A stretch of 64,000 nt of DNA, taken from the NCBI GenBank assembly GCA_002189035.1, contig NEEC01000010.1, forward strand, positions 2,418,001-2,482,000, given 5' to 3'. The notes beneath the pieces were generated by a model. It worked only from the letters and a program-made list of their open reading frames with translations. It made no database searches and had not been told where the DNA came from. The stretch comes from Utricularia gibba. Lineage: Eukaryota; Plantae; Magnoliophyta. This document shows, piece by piece, positions 1 through 13,205 of this stretch. Positions within the stretch are counted from its first letter, which is position 1, and each line of letters opens with the position of its first letter. The translations under genes were made by a program, and so were the position numbers.

Positions 1-1829
1 GCTTGTTGGACAGGAGCTTAGAGGAACTGGATCTTTCCAGAAATGAGCTGAGTGGTTCGATTCCTCCTGCTTCGAGTAAGCTCTTGGACACCCTCAAGGT
101 GCTGGACTTGTCAGCTAACCATCTCAGTGGGAGAATACCTGCAGAAATGGGGCTCCTGAGCAAGTTGACATACTTGAACCTGTCTTATAACCAGCTCAAG
201 TCAAACATGCCATCGGAGTTCGGCTACTTTCCAAATCTCACCATATTGGATCTCCGTAGCAGCAGCCTGATCGGACTGATTCCGCGCGATATATGCGAAT
301 CAGATCGCCTGAATATCCTTCAGCTTGATGGGAACTCACTGACAGGGCACATTCCTCATGAAATTGGCAACTGTTCCTCTCTCTTTCTGCTGTGAGTTGC
401 ATAAAATTTGCTGCACACTGCTTAGTTAGAGAACAAATTCAGACTCTTCTTTGTTTGCAGGAGCCTGTCACACAACAAACTAACTGGTTTGATACCAGAA
501 TCATTGTCGCAGCTGACCAACCTCAAGGTTCTTAAGCTGGAAGCAAACCAGCTTATGGGAGAAATCCCTCCACTTCTAGGAAGATTAAGTAGTCTCGTGC
601 TGGCCAATTTTTCACAGAATCGGCTCGTCGGCCGGCTGCCTCATGGCGGCATCTTCCAGACGTTAGACGCCAGTGCCATGGAGGGAAACCTCGGTCTCTG
701 TTCACCATTGCTCAAGCAGCCTTGCCTGCTTAACGTGCCAAAGCCCCTGGTTCTTGATCCATATGCCTACAACAGTGGATCAGAGAGTGAAAACAGACAC
801 TCTGCCCATGCCAGGAATCCGAGCTTCTTCTCTGTTTCATCCATCGTTGCGATATCAGCTGCAGCTATGATCGCCATCGGAGTTGTGATCGTAACACTGA
901 TAAATCTCAAAGTCAGGAGTCAGATTTCAGTGGTGGAGTCGATGTCCACAGCAGGGAAGCTTGTGTTTTTCGATTCCAACATGAGCCTGGATCTGCAGAG
1001 CACCACTCTTGAGTTAGTGCTAAACAAGTCCTCTGAAATCGGGGAAGGCTCCTTCGGGATGGTCTACAAGGCTAATGTGGGAGGACAGGGCACAGTGGTG
1101 GCGATAAAGAAGCTGAGAACCAGCCAGACTCTGCAGGATCAAGAAGCCTTTGACAGAGAAGTTAGATTTCTAGGGAAAGCAAAGCATTTCAACCTGAACC
1201 CTCTGAGAGGATACTACTGGACTCCAGAGCTTCAACTTCTTGTATCAGAATACGCAGTAGGCGGAAGCCTTCAAGAAAAACTGCACAATTCATCATCCTG
1301 TGGTGCACTCACATGGCCGGAGAGGCTCAAAATTGTGATCGGAGCAGCCAAAGGTCTTGCATATTTGCACCATTCTTTTCAACCTCCCATCATCCACTAC
1401 AACATAAAGGCCAGCAACATACTCCTTGATGAGAATCTCAACCCCAAGATATCCGACTTCGGCCTCCCTCGTCTTCTCACCAGATTTGACAGCCACATAG
1501 CAAGCAATGGATATAGAAGTGCACCAGAGCTGGCTTGCAGGAACCTAAGAGTTAATGAAAAATGCGATGTCTTTGGCTTCGGGATTGTCATGCTTGAGGT
1601 GGTGACTGGAAAACAGAATGCAGAAGAACAAGTGAGAGAGTTGCTGGAACGGGGAAAGGTTTTGGAGTGTGTGGATAAGGAGATGGGCCAGTACAATGAA
1701 GAAGAGGTGCTTCCATTAATCAAACTTGCTCTTGTCTGCACCTGTGAGATACCTTCAACCAGACCTTCAATGGCGGAAGTGGTGCAGATACTGCATGTCA
1801 TCAAGGCACCAACCCCAGATGCCTTCTGA
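1..1829 (+). CDS. LRR receptor-like kinase, probably catalytically inactive (At3g28040-like); 5' partial; exons <1-391 and 461-1829
   Basis: LxxLxLSxNxLSGxIP repeats. GT-AG intron 392-460 joins in frame (LFLL/SLSHNKLTGLIPE). TM helix SIVAISAAAMIAIGVVIVTLI. Kinase with GEGSFG, VAIK and DFG, but HYN in place of HRD. Confidence 0.92.
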
Positions 1830-2272
1830 AACTGTTGCAGCAAGCATCAAAAGGGAAAGCTAGTGGCTCTTGGTAATTGGTACCTTCAATAATGACGACC
1901 CAAAAGTTAGCTCCTGCATGAAAAAGTGAAACCTCCACGGATTGGGTGCATTGATTTCTCAATTTTTGGTGTCATCTGCTTGCTCCAACCAATTTTTCAG
2001 GGACGCTATTTCCTGATTATTTGCAGTAATGATAAGTTCTCTTGTTTATGTAGCTTCATTACGATCAGTTATATTACCACGTCCACAGGAAGAAAGGCGA
2101 GGCATGAGTGCTCCAGAGGCAAAATTTTTGAAAAAGACAGGATAATGATCTCAAATTGAACATAACAAGTAAATACTACTGAAGTAACCAAAATTCACTT
2201 CAAGGCACTTGCCTAATTCAACAATATACTGTGAACCAGACAGAAAACAACAGCTATCTTCCAGAAACCAGA

Positions 2273-4598
2273 TCAGTTCTCGTGGAGAGCCTTCATCAAG
2301 TACAGCTTACTGAAGCTTTGTCCGGCAACACTGGTACACAGGCGAAAGCAGAATAATGAAGTTAGCACCATGGGCATGTAAAAAAGAACATTGGCATATA
2401 AAACCAAATACATGCAGACAGTTAACTGACTGCAATGACTTGAAAGCATACCCATTGATTTGGTTGCAATAGTTCGAAACTTGATTTGTTATGAGGAAAC
2501 TCTCCAATCTCGATGGCTCTTGGATGGGCTTGAAAATAGGGTTCGAAGGATCCTCTTCTGGCAGTGGTTCCTCCCCTGCATTCTTCCGAGCAGTGTTTTC
2601 AGCTCTACACAAAGAAGCAAAAAAATATCCCGGTCAATAAATGGCAAAGAATGTTAGTAAATTTTGAAAAATTAGAGTTGCCTTCTTTTCTGAAGCCAGG
2701 CCTGCTGCTGTGCTTGTTGGCGAGAGAGATTCCTATAGTGGAATTGGAACTGGACAAAAAAAAAAGTAAGAATTGTATCTCATACCCACAAATCATAGTG
2801 TGCAAAAGAAAAAAAGAATAGTACACACCTTCTGTTGTTCCGTTGACAAGTCATCCATGCATTCAATCAAAAACTCCACGTTTCTCTCTAAAAAAAGGCT
2901 GCTTGATAATTGCAGCCTATCATAATCGCACTGCCATTCAAAAACACGAAGGTAAACTTCAACTGGATTGGTAAAAGGAGCTAAAATTTTGAAATTAAAG
3001 TACCTGTGAGACAGGGGCATCAGCCTCCAGATCTGTCATAAAGGCGCTTATCAAAGCAGAATTCGAGACTTTAATCTGCAATGAAAGAGCGACAATAAGA
3101 TGATAATTATGGAGATGTGTGCACACCCTGAGCACATACAGCAACCAGAGACCATGATTTCGTAGTTAGGTCAAGTATACTCAATGAAAAAATAACTTCA
3201 AATTCACGCCTACCGGTATCTCTTCAAAGATATCCACCCATGAAAGGTTCCTCTCCCTTAACCTGAAAATTGAGCCATTTCGTTAGTGATGGAACACAAT
3301 ATATTTCCAATATCCCTCTGGTGTTTATTGAGTAAAATACAGGAGCCTCACTTTTCTCCAGAAAAATTGTTACTACGGTATAGCTCCATGAATGAATCAG
3401 AAAGCTTCAGAGCCTTCAAAGCTAGGACACCCTGGTTAGACCTTGAAGGATCATATATCATGCACACACATCGCTTGATGTTTTCCTGCATAATAGGAGT
3501 AGTATTCAGTTCATTGAGCATTAGGCATTCACTCATATAAATTACTTCACTGAATATATTTCAAAACCTGGTAATTCATAAAGGTCTCTATCAATTCTAC
3601 TGTTTGGTATGATCCAAACAACGTGGATTGATACCTGGGAAAAATAAAAAGGGTAGTCTTCGTTAATAAAAATTATAGATATGGAGAAAAATATGCATAA
3701 TTATTGATGCGAGAATAAGCATTGCACCACACTGGAAGATCAACATTAATGGAAAAAACAGAAATTCGTAACAAATGATAAAAGCTAATAGGATTTAACA
3801 TCAGCGAAATCGAGTGATCTTGAAAACCTATCATAGCTCCGGAAACTACATTTAAACCGAGACAGATGTCACTAGGCTAATGGACCCTCGCACTCACCAC
3901 CCAACGGTATTGTTGTCAACGTTAACATCTCGCAAACATCTCATCATCTCAAGTTGATAATTAGCTCCTTCTGCTTCAATTTCTTCGTCTTCCTCACGAA
4001 TCTGCGAGATTGAATTTGAGAAGACGTATTAATACGTAATATCAAAGCAACCTTAATTAGTTGGCTAAATAAGTTTCAACGACTTAGCACACGGATATGG
4101 TTGGAAGAAGTTAACTCACTGGGAAAGGGAAACAATTGGTAACTTCCAAAACACTTCCAACATCTAAACCAAGAAGCTGCCCGGTGACCAGTGCCGGTGA
4201 AAACTCCTTACAGTGTTTAATGATCTTTAAAATAACCTGAAAGACGGGGAAAAACTCCATCAGACAAACCCAAAATCAGAAAATACACCAAATCCATAGC
4301 AATTAACATTAATGAACCCACAACACGACCACACTCACAATCGAGCTCTACTCAAAATAGTTAAAACTGGGCATTCATAATCATGACAAGAATTTAGGTT
4401 TAGCACGCAAAGAAAGCGTACCAGTCCTTCGATTTGAACGACTCTGAGTGGCGGCGTCGCCTCCTCCGACGTTGCCGCTTGCAAAAAAGACCGGTTTGCG
4501 CCTGCATAACCATAAGGAATAACACACAAAAAAATTCAACCAATCGTACACACTGTAACGTTAAACCTTAAAGAAAGCACATTACCGCCGGTAGCCAT
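2273..4598 (-). CDS. eIF3h: Eukaryotic translation initiation factor 3 subunit H, multi-exon
   Basis: Exons encode RSFLQAAT...[61 protein letters not shown] and [21 protein letters not shown] at 4598. One GC-AG intron (2605-2681). Confidence 0.93.
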
Positions 4599-4680
4599 GG
4601 AAGCCGCCGAAGGAAGACAGCGATTCAACAACCAAAAAGAAAACCTTCAATCCGTCGAAGCCCTAACCCCCTTTTGCTTG

Positions 4681-4757
4681 TGGGCCTTAACGATTAATAA
4701 AAATAAACGTTGGGCCTAAAAGCTTATATTGCTTACCACCAGGCCCACAACGGCCCA
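4681..4757. promoter_or_regulatory. Site II (TGGGCY) cluster upstream of eIF3h
   Basis: TGGGCC at 4681 and 4711, GGCCCA at 4742 and 4752, about 80-160 bp upstream of the ATG. Typical of plant translation and ribosome gene promoters (TCP-bound). Confidence 0.7.
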
Positions 4758-5564
4758 GTCCACGACACGAATCATGCTTCATTGATTTGAGGAACAGTAG
4801 CACGGATTCAACATGGGGAATTATTTGTGTCGGTGGTACTCAGTCCTATGGTGGATCATCAGTCATCACTGGCGTGCCGATTTCCTTCCCTCCCAAACGA
4901 AATTATTACACGAGCTCCTATTTTTCAATGCCAAATAATTCATTTGGCTGAACTCCCACATTTATGTCTGGCCCTCCTGCTCTAATACTGCATTTACTGC
5001 GTCTGTACAGTTGTACCCAACCACTATTGAGCCATGAACTAGTAGCCCATGTTGTCATTTTTTTGGGTGTTTGGCATAGCTAATTCCCTGTGCTTGTGTT
5101 CGGTTGATGGTGTATTCCTTATTTGTGCTCGTTATGCGCTTTTGTGTATATGGGGTATCTGAATAGAAAGCCAATGGATAGATTGAAGATTTCCTGCCTT
5201 TCTTCCGGTGCTTCTACTTCTATTCTCAGAAGTGAGGTGACAAAGGATCATAGTTTTCTTAACAAGACTCCAAGTCTTCCCCACAACTTGATTTCATGTG
5301 TTGCACTTCATTGTTCTTATTATGTACAGGAATTTGGTCATTGCCATTGTGCTTTAACTTGTTTTTTTTTTTTTTTTTTCTGTAACGTTTGGTGTGTTGG
5401 GCTATATGTTGTTTTCATGAAGCGACAATGCAGAAATCATATGATTCTGATACATTTGGGAGGAAAAAGACTGGATTTTGACAATGATTTTTTAACCTCC
5501 TTGCTATGCATCCATGCCTTCCTTTCTTTGGTTACTGATTTTTGTTTGGGATTTTTTACCTTTA

Positions 5565-6090
5565 GCCGCCTGTCAAACCTACTGGAAGAAGTTGCTACAC
5601 TCGAAGAAGAGATAATGCAATAAGAAAGGCGTTTGCTTTCTCCCCTACAAGAAAGCTTTTCAGCAGCACTTCTCAGATGATGCTGGAGACTCCATCACAC
5701 GGACTCGTTGATGCTGAAATTATGTCAATGGGGTCTCTGTCATGTCTGAAACGGATAGTCATATTACATAAGAGATGTTCTCAACAGAAACATTTAGCTG
5801 GCTTCACTCTCCTCTCACAGCATTTTGCCTAACATGCACTGGCTTTAAACACTTGCATCGAGGGAAGAAGCCCAAGATGCAGAACACGGATCATCCCTAT
5901 GCTATACACCATCCAGAGCCACTGATTCGTTTCGCCCTCTCAGGCGTATCAACTGAGCCTGCGGTAGACTTCTAACCGTGGCTCTTCTACAGATGCTGTT
6001 TGGTAATTATCTCATACTATTCAAACCAATCAACAGCCAGAACCATATCAGATGATCTCGAAGCTTCCAAGGAAGAGTTCATCCCATCTA
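5565..6090 (+). pseudogene. Decayed DUF547 / MIP1 leucine-zipper family pseudogene
   Basis: LLEEVATLEEEIMQ*ERRLLS(frameshift)YKKAFQQH matches the family leucine zipper. Downstream fragments YAIHHPEPLIRFALSG and ISDDLEASKEEFI match the DUF547 C-terminus. Premature stop at 5621, a frameshift and large internal deletions. Confidence 0.7.
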
Positions 6091-6560
6091 CACTCACACA
6101 TCCAGAATCAGTACTAGGAACATGTTTCTCAGCACAGCACTCGTATAGTTTAAATGCACATGAAGTCTCCTTCCTGCCTGGTTAGTTCTTAGTGCAAGCA
6201 ATGGTTAACTTCCGCATGTTTTTCCATGGAACTACAGTTTTCCTTTCTTGGTTGCTCTTTGAAGAGAAGGCACCTTATTTAGTCACGTGTAGAGATCCAA
6301 GATGGGATAGTTGCCTCCAAAGCTATGGTGAAGATCCCAAAATGGTTCGATGGGGTTACACGGACGAATACAGGCAAAGGGTTTTCTGCTTTCTGGCTAG
6401 CCACTAAACATAGGAGCCTCTTTTGTCCGTAAAACGAATTAGAAACATGCAAGAACATTATTTACTTGAGTAGAACAAAAAAATGATCGTGCATAATTAC
6501 AGTTCTTATAGTAAAAAAAAGAGCTTGCATTACTTGGATCCGTGTATTTCTTCATGTATT

Positions 6561-8843
6561 TCATCTGCATCCAGAGAAACTGGAAGCCTGGCCAACCACT
6601 CCCAGCATACTACAAGCAACTTCCATCAGTTTCCCTGCAAAACCATCAACTGAACATGAATTTCCGAAACACAACACCCAATCATCGACCAAAAGAAAGG
6701 CTAAATGTCAACTGACAGCCTATATGCTTTCTTTGATTGCTGGCTTGCTTCAAAAAACTACCCTTTCTTTATGAGCAAGATGTCAACTACTACGAACTCT
6801 AGAAGGTATAAAGGCGGGCACCCGCACACTGATAGAGGGTCGCCCTGCCCTACAACTAGCTACAAATACAAGCAACCAGCTCTACAAAGATCGAAACTCA
6901 TGCTTCACAAACATTCAAAATTCCAAACTCCTCAACCATACGATGCAATGTAATGCAATGATTCTCCAATGAAAGGCATTCTTTCAATGATCAAAAACTG
7001 ATGATGCTGTATTCAAACAGGGCATGTGCCCATGGACCATGGTTAAGACAAGGCACAGCTAGGCAGAAGGTCTCTCCTTTTCTCATTAATTCAATAAAGC
7101 TTTTTTTATTCTCCTACTATTTAAAAAAAATGAATAAACTGGTTTTGCTACATAAGCAATAATTCACTACCAAAATAAATTTATTCATTTCTTAAATACT
7201 AAAAATACGTATAATCATTAGCCTATTTTACCAAAATATCCTTGAAAACGCGTGCCGTTGACCTAAGAAACTGACAGCAAAAAATAGAAAATTGGGGACA
7301 GCCAGAAGGAACTGACAGACGCTCTGGCAGCTGTATTCAGCTTTGGCAACACTACGCTAACCGACAGCTGTAATTCCTAAATTATATTAATAAATAAATA
7401 AATTATATTCCCACCGACAAACCAGCCTGGACGGAATTGAGATTCCGGCAAGGCGGCGGCGGAGGGAGTGACCCTGCCACTTACCGCTAACAATCAAGAA
7501 TCATGAGAGAAGCCAAAATGTAAGTGGCGTACCTCTTCTGGGCTTGGATACAATTTTGGTCGCAATTGGTGCGGGTTTCGCGGGGGTGGTTTCCTCCGGT
7601 GGAAACAGAACGCCGTCGATCCCCTGGACGGAGATTCTGCCGTCGGTGTATATATCCGGATCGAAAAGATAAGCGGCGCCTTCGTTCTGCCCGAATTTCA
7701 CCGATCCATCGGCTTCCTCCGCCACCACTTTGTGGGGTAATCTCAGAGTGTCGTATTTCACCTTCCCAAATCTTCTCACGGCGTTGTACATGCTTTCTTC
7801 TGTTTGGTACTCGGGTATCAGATGATAATACACTATTTGTTCTGGAGCACCGGGCTCGCTCAACTGATCTGTAGTCAATTTCGCCATGGCTTCGTCGTTT
7901 GGTGCAAGAACAGTGAGCACATATCCTTCGGAAACGAGTTTCCCCATTTCGGTAGCCAGCGATGTCAGATTCACGAGAATATCCGCGAGTTCGTTGTATC
8001 CACCGTAATGCAGAAGTGTTTTGATGAAATCCTTGACCTGGCTTTCGCCGTCGAAGTGGCCGTGCGGGCCTCCGGGTCCCGGAGCCGGCGCAGGGGCGAT
8101 AGAGGGACCGGGGGCTAGAGCGTCGAATATGGGTAGAGCCGGAGGAGCCCTGCGGGAACCGCCGGTGCGGGTTTCTTCAGGCGGTGTGTTCTCGGATCGA
8201 CTTCAGGCGCTCCCTGGGGAATTACGGCGGCGGTGGAACTCAAGCTCCGCCGCGCGTTGAACTCCTGTTGAACGGATTTGGGAACCAGTAGCCTCTCGAT
8301 ACCGTGGATGATTCCGTCAGGTCGGATGATATCATCCGACTTGACAACCTTAGCAATTCCCACAATTTTCTCCCCATTTTTCTCCTGCAATTGAATTCTC
8401 TCCCCGTTACCGTCACGACAAAGACTCGTGTGACGCGCAGGCTTCCCGTTCACCGGCGTCGGCCATTTCCCAACCTCAATTCGCGAAGGAATCATGTGAA
8501 ATAGGAGCAAATTCTGAAGAGATTTCAGATTCCGAGGCTCAAGCAAAAACCTCTTAAACTCCGGATCCAAATCCCTCTCCAACGCCTCATTCCTGGGTGC
8601 AAAAATTGTGATATTGTGCCTCGTAACCGCCTCCTCCAGCGTCTGCAGCAAAAGGGCTTTCTCCACCATCTCCGACAATTCAGTGTAATGCGAGTCCAAG
8701 AGCGCGACGAGAACAGAATTGGAATTTATCTGGGGGCCGGCGGCGGAGCGACTCTCCTGCGTGAATGCCGCCGAGGTTAACGCAAGCATCAACACGATAG
8801 GGAAGAGCCGAAGGCCAGCTCCGCCATAGATCTGAGAATCCAT
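6561..8843 (-). CDS. FLA17: Fasciclin-like arabinogalactan protein (FLA15-18 group), 2 exons (8843-7533, 6634-6561), with an apparent -1 frameshift at 8148-8150
   Basis: Signal peptide, INSNSVLVALLDSHYTELSEMVEKA, two FAS1 domains (TIFAPRNEAL; TVLAPNDEAM), C-terminal GKLMEVAC exon. One extra base in the C3 run restores PAGAPPALPIFDALAPGPS. The exact paralog number is uncertain. Confidence 0.9.
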
Positions 8844-10208
8844 GACGCCCCAAGCACCTGGCTTCACACAGTAGAAGGAGAAAGTGCGTGAATCGGAGGC
8901 CTCTGAACAAGTGAAGCCACTTTAAAGTAAAGTTGCAACTACCCGCTGAAATCAATGACCTCCACCAGAGGGAACCGACCGAATATCACATTCATTTTTA
9001 ACTATTTCTATATTTATTCTTTAAAAAAAATACCAAATAATTTTTTTTCCCGCCGAGAGGGCCCACTTAGGCGCCAATCAATTTCACCCATCCGTCCACT
9101 CGCTATTCATTCATTTTAGCGGTTGAATTGGTTAGTTACCGTTGGTGAAACCGTAAACACCAATCCATCTCTAATTATTTCATTAATTTGCAATACAATT
9201 TAACTATTTTTTTAAATAAAAAACTTAGATATGAGAATTCTATATAATTTTATAATACATTAAATATATTAACTAGTTATCTATTAGAACAAATAATTTT
9301 ACATCAATAACTAAAATTGAAATAGTCAAATAATAAAATATTATAAATTACCAATAATGGATTGTAATTAATACTTTTTAATGTGATTTACATTTATTAT
9401 ATATCTAAATTTTACATATACTCATATTATTTATCTATTATAAATAATATCTATTCAACTGTTTGATCAATATTCAGGAGTATTCATATCTTTATATACT
9501 CTTCAAAAGCTAAATCCACAAAGTAAGAAGAATCAAAAAAGCTATTTGAATTTGGTTTTAAATATTAGGTAAAAAAATTAATTTGGTTTTTTCTAGGCTC
9601 ATGAATACATTGAAAGATACGGGTTGGTAGGGGGGAGCGGCAGCGAAGGGGGGGAAAAAGCGGGAGAATGCGTGAGAGCTGAAAGCAGGTGGGTTGTCGA
9701 TGTCTGAATGGAGACAGCTTGCCAAGCCAGCGGATGCGCTGTCGTAGTTCCTCTTTTCTGCTTATTACATCATGGAAAAACGCTAATCATTGATGAATTT
9801 GGTGGAGGGTTGTGGTACACCGGGGAGTGTATTTAGGAACGAAAGACACGTGGAGATATTATGAAATGAGGAGTTGAATGATTTTGTGTTGAATTCAAAT
9901 TTTGCCGAGTCCATCACTCGCTTATGGTCCCCCTGTGTGGATGGAGATGGCAGAGAACAGGTTTGGTGGAGAGAAGCTTGAATGACAATAGGCATCCAAA
10001 TGTTCGTGATGCAAGCAAGAATCAGAATCAAATACAGTCTCCCACCAAGGCAGCTTCTTCTGCCTGCTTTTTCTGCTAAGATTCTGCTTGTCTCCCTCTC
10101 CCTGGTTTAGGACTTGGTTTCTCAAGAGTGCACAGATTGATATGCCGCTGCCATTGTCATGGCCATACAATGAATGATGGTAATAAGTGCATTCAGATTG
10201 AACACAAA

Positions 10209-12212
10209 TCAGTGGGTTGTCAGAGAGTTGGTTGTTCGTGAAACCATCCTGGAGAGTTTGGGCCATGAACCTCGATTCAACAGCATCAGTAGGCCTTCAC
10301 CGTTTTCTGATGCTCCGAGCATGTGCCTGAGGGAAGGACAAGATGATGATGATGAAGGTAGAAGAGTGGCATCATTAGTCTGCACGCTTTAATATCATAA
10401 AAGTGTGTTGATTTATCTGGCCATTGTGAATTAATAGAATGTATAACCATGAAAGTAGTGAAAACTTGTTCCGGGAACCAAGCAGCTTTTAGAACTTATT
10501 TTCTGTTTTTTGGGTTTGGAAAAATGACTCATGGACCAGTTAAATGCAAAATAGAGTTTGCATACCTGTGCCTGCTTGCTTTATTTCTCCACTGAACAAT
10601 AGAAGAAACCCACTGAACGTTAAGAAAAACAGTGTCAACCTTAGAGATGAAATGTAGGAAGGAAAACTTATTTGTTTAGTATGTAATGGATAACTAGACA
10701 TTCTCTTGAAGATAATGAAGCACAAATGAATCATGGAAGTATAGCATGAGCATATTACTTTCAGCAAGAAAATATGTAGTACAGATATGATGGATCCCAA
10801 AGCATTACCTTGAACATTGGTATTGACGAAATCTTTCTTTGGCCAGTTGGTTTATAGGTTTGCTGCTTTCCTGCTGAATCAGGCATCCCTTTGCACAAGT
10901 TCTGAGCTATTTCCTTCAACAGCACAAGCTGTGCTTTATCAGTGCCCATTGAGATGATTTCCTGCCTCATTGTTTCTCTATCAGCTTCAAGAGCATGAAG
11001 CCTTGCATACAGCTTCTGAATCTCCAAGACACGGTCATTATACTCATTGGGAGATATCATGCACTCGTCGCTGGAGATGCTGAGAGCAGCCTTTCGATTC
11101 ACGTCACCATCACTCGAGGCCCTTTGATGAATGGAATCAATAGTATAAACTCTGTCACACATATCATCCTCACCTTCTGATGCACTATCCATCTTCCTCT
11201 GACAGGGGTTCACATCCGAAGGGAAGAGCTCCGTCTTCCTCGAACTGCTACTGAACTTTGAGCAGTCAGAATGAGACTCAGGACTCGTCTCTTTAACAAT
11301 TGTGGATGGTGAGCGTAAGCTGTCAGAAGAGAACCTCCTTGAATGCCTCAGCTTCGAAGAAGTTTGACCAATTACTACCTTATCATGTACATTCTTTGTG
11401 CTGAACAGTTCCTTTTCAGGCTGACAGGTTCCTGGACTTTGCTCAAGTTGGTTGATTCGAAACTCCAAGTCCTTCAACTGATCCCCCGAATATGGACTAT
11501 CTGCATATTTTTCAACACCAATATCTCTATCCTCGCCATCATTGGAAACCAGAGATTCATTTGTAATGCACTTCAGACGGGGGTAAATCTCCTGAGGAAA
11601 CTCAAGTTGCCCACCTCCAAGGGGATCACCCATACTAGTGGCCCGGTCTATAGCTTTATCTCCTATATTTCCCTCAGCATCCACCTCTGGGATACCGTAA
11701 CTCATCATTCTATGCTTATACACATGAACTTCAGAGCTTAGGGAGTGTATAGCCTGCTCCCTCTTATACAATAAGTCTTCAAGGGCCAGCATCTCTTGCT
11801 GATCATGCGCCATTTTCTCCTCTGCAAACCTTTTGAATTGCCTGGCCTCCATTTGGATCTCTGCTTTCTCCCTCTGAAGCCTCAGAATCATTGACATGGC
11901 CTCATCTGCAGCTGAAGCAGATGCATTTCTCTCCTCATCCAACTCGGTGACGAGTTCCTGAATCGTGAATTGCTGCCTGCCAACCATTTCCCGCAACACT
12001 CTACATTCATTTTCAGCCTCAACACGGGCATTTTGAGGTACAAGTAATCCCGTGACAGTAAACTGGCTTTCTTCCTTCTGCAGATCAACTTTGTGCTTAA
12101 CTGATGGCAGACAAGTCCCCGAAAGAGATCGTTTCATTAAAGAACTGCTACACCCGCACTTACTGCAAGATTTGATGAGACTCTTTCCCGTTGGGGAATT
12201 ATCAGATTCCAT
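10209..12212 (-). CDS. Myosin-binding protein (MyoB, GTD-binding/DUF593 domain), MyoB7-like, 3 coding exons
   Basis: ELDEERNASASAADEAMSMILRLQREKAEIQMEARQFKR is the DUF593 signature. Small downstream exons WVSSIVQWRNKASRHR and HMLGASENGEGLLMLLNRG are flanked by GT-AG sites. Confidence 0.85.
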
Positions 12213-12525
12213 AATTGAAAATCAAGATGCAATTACCAGATTTCACAATGTAATCCAGATTCCAGTTTCAATACCTCTAATCCCTCCCCCTGCATACATC
12301 AACATGCTTAAAATCATCAGCATTTCTCTCCCGTATCTCATCATGAAGAAAAACAGACAAAGGATTCTTGGAAAAAATCGATTTTGAAAAAAACATCAAG
12401 AAACGTGATCGTCAGCAAAGCATTACGATGGCAGTGTTGCTATTACCATGAGGCTGCAGAGAATCGGAATCGGGTACGACGAAATGGGTTCTCCGATTAA
12501 GATTCTGTCAAAATAAACGAGGCTT

Positions 12526-12545
12526 GGGGGGGGGGGGGGGGGGGG
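12526..12545 (+). repeat. G20 homopolymer (C20 on the MyoB sense strand, in the upstream/leader region)
   Basis: 20 consecutive G read directly. Confidence 0.9.
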
Positions 12546-13205
12546 AATAAGAAGAAACTGATCGGAGACGGGGGAGAGATTCGAGGATTGAAACCCTTCG
12601 GAATCGCAATTCCAGTAATCTAATCTTCGTGAAAATGAAAAAGATGGTTGATCGATCTACTAGAGATGCAAAGATCAAAACGAGCGCCGTCGATTTTCAT
12701 TTCTCTTATATTTTTGTTGATTTCAAATCTCTCCCTCCTCCCGCGCGTGGCTCGTGTGAACTCCAACTTTCCTGAGCAGTGGTGCTAATCGGTTTCAGAA
12801 GTCTAAAACTTCTGAAGTGCAGAAACATACTGAATCATCATCGCACAGGGCAATCCACTCCATAAGATCTTGCAGAAGCACCGGACTGGTTGCAGAATCG
12901 AAATCATTCCGATGAAGAGGCGGCGTGGCTGCCGGTTGGATATGAAAAGCGGGTATCTCGGTCGTTCATCCGAATTTGATACAATGACGACGCAAGATCC
13001 CGACTGTAATCGCCCATCCCTGAAATCAATGGACAAATAAGGGGAGGAAACAGAAGTGACTCATCAGAAACGAACGCGATATGGATTAGAGATCGACAAA
13101 ATCTTTACGGAAATCTGAATCATTGGAGAGGGCAACAATCATGAATCTCATCTACTTTGAAATTCCAACAAAGCTTTTCTATTATTCATTTCTTCTTTTG
13201 CTCTT

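Noticed and set aside
5123-5623. 166-aa ORF as an intact gene
   Set aside because: Mostly intron-like, T-rich translation (FFFFFF). Only the last 20 or so codons match DUF547 and they end in a premature stop.
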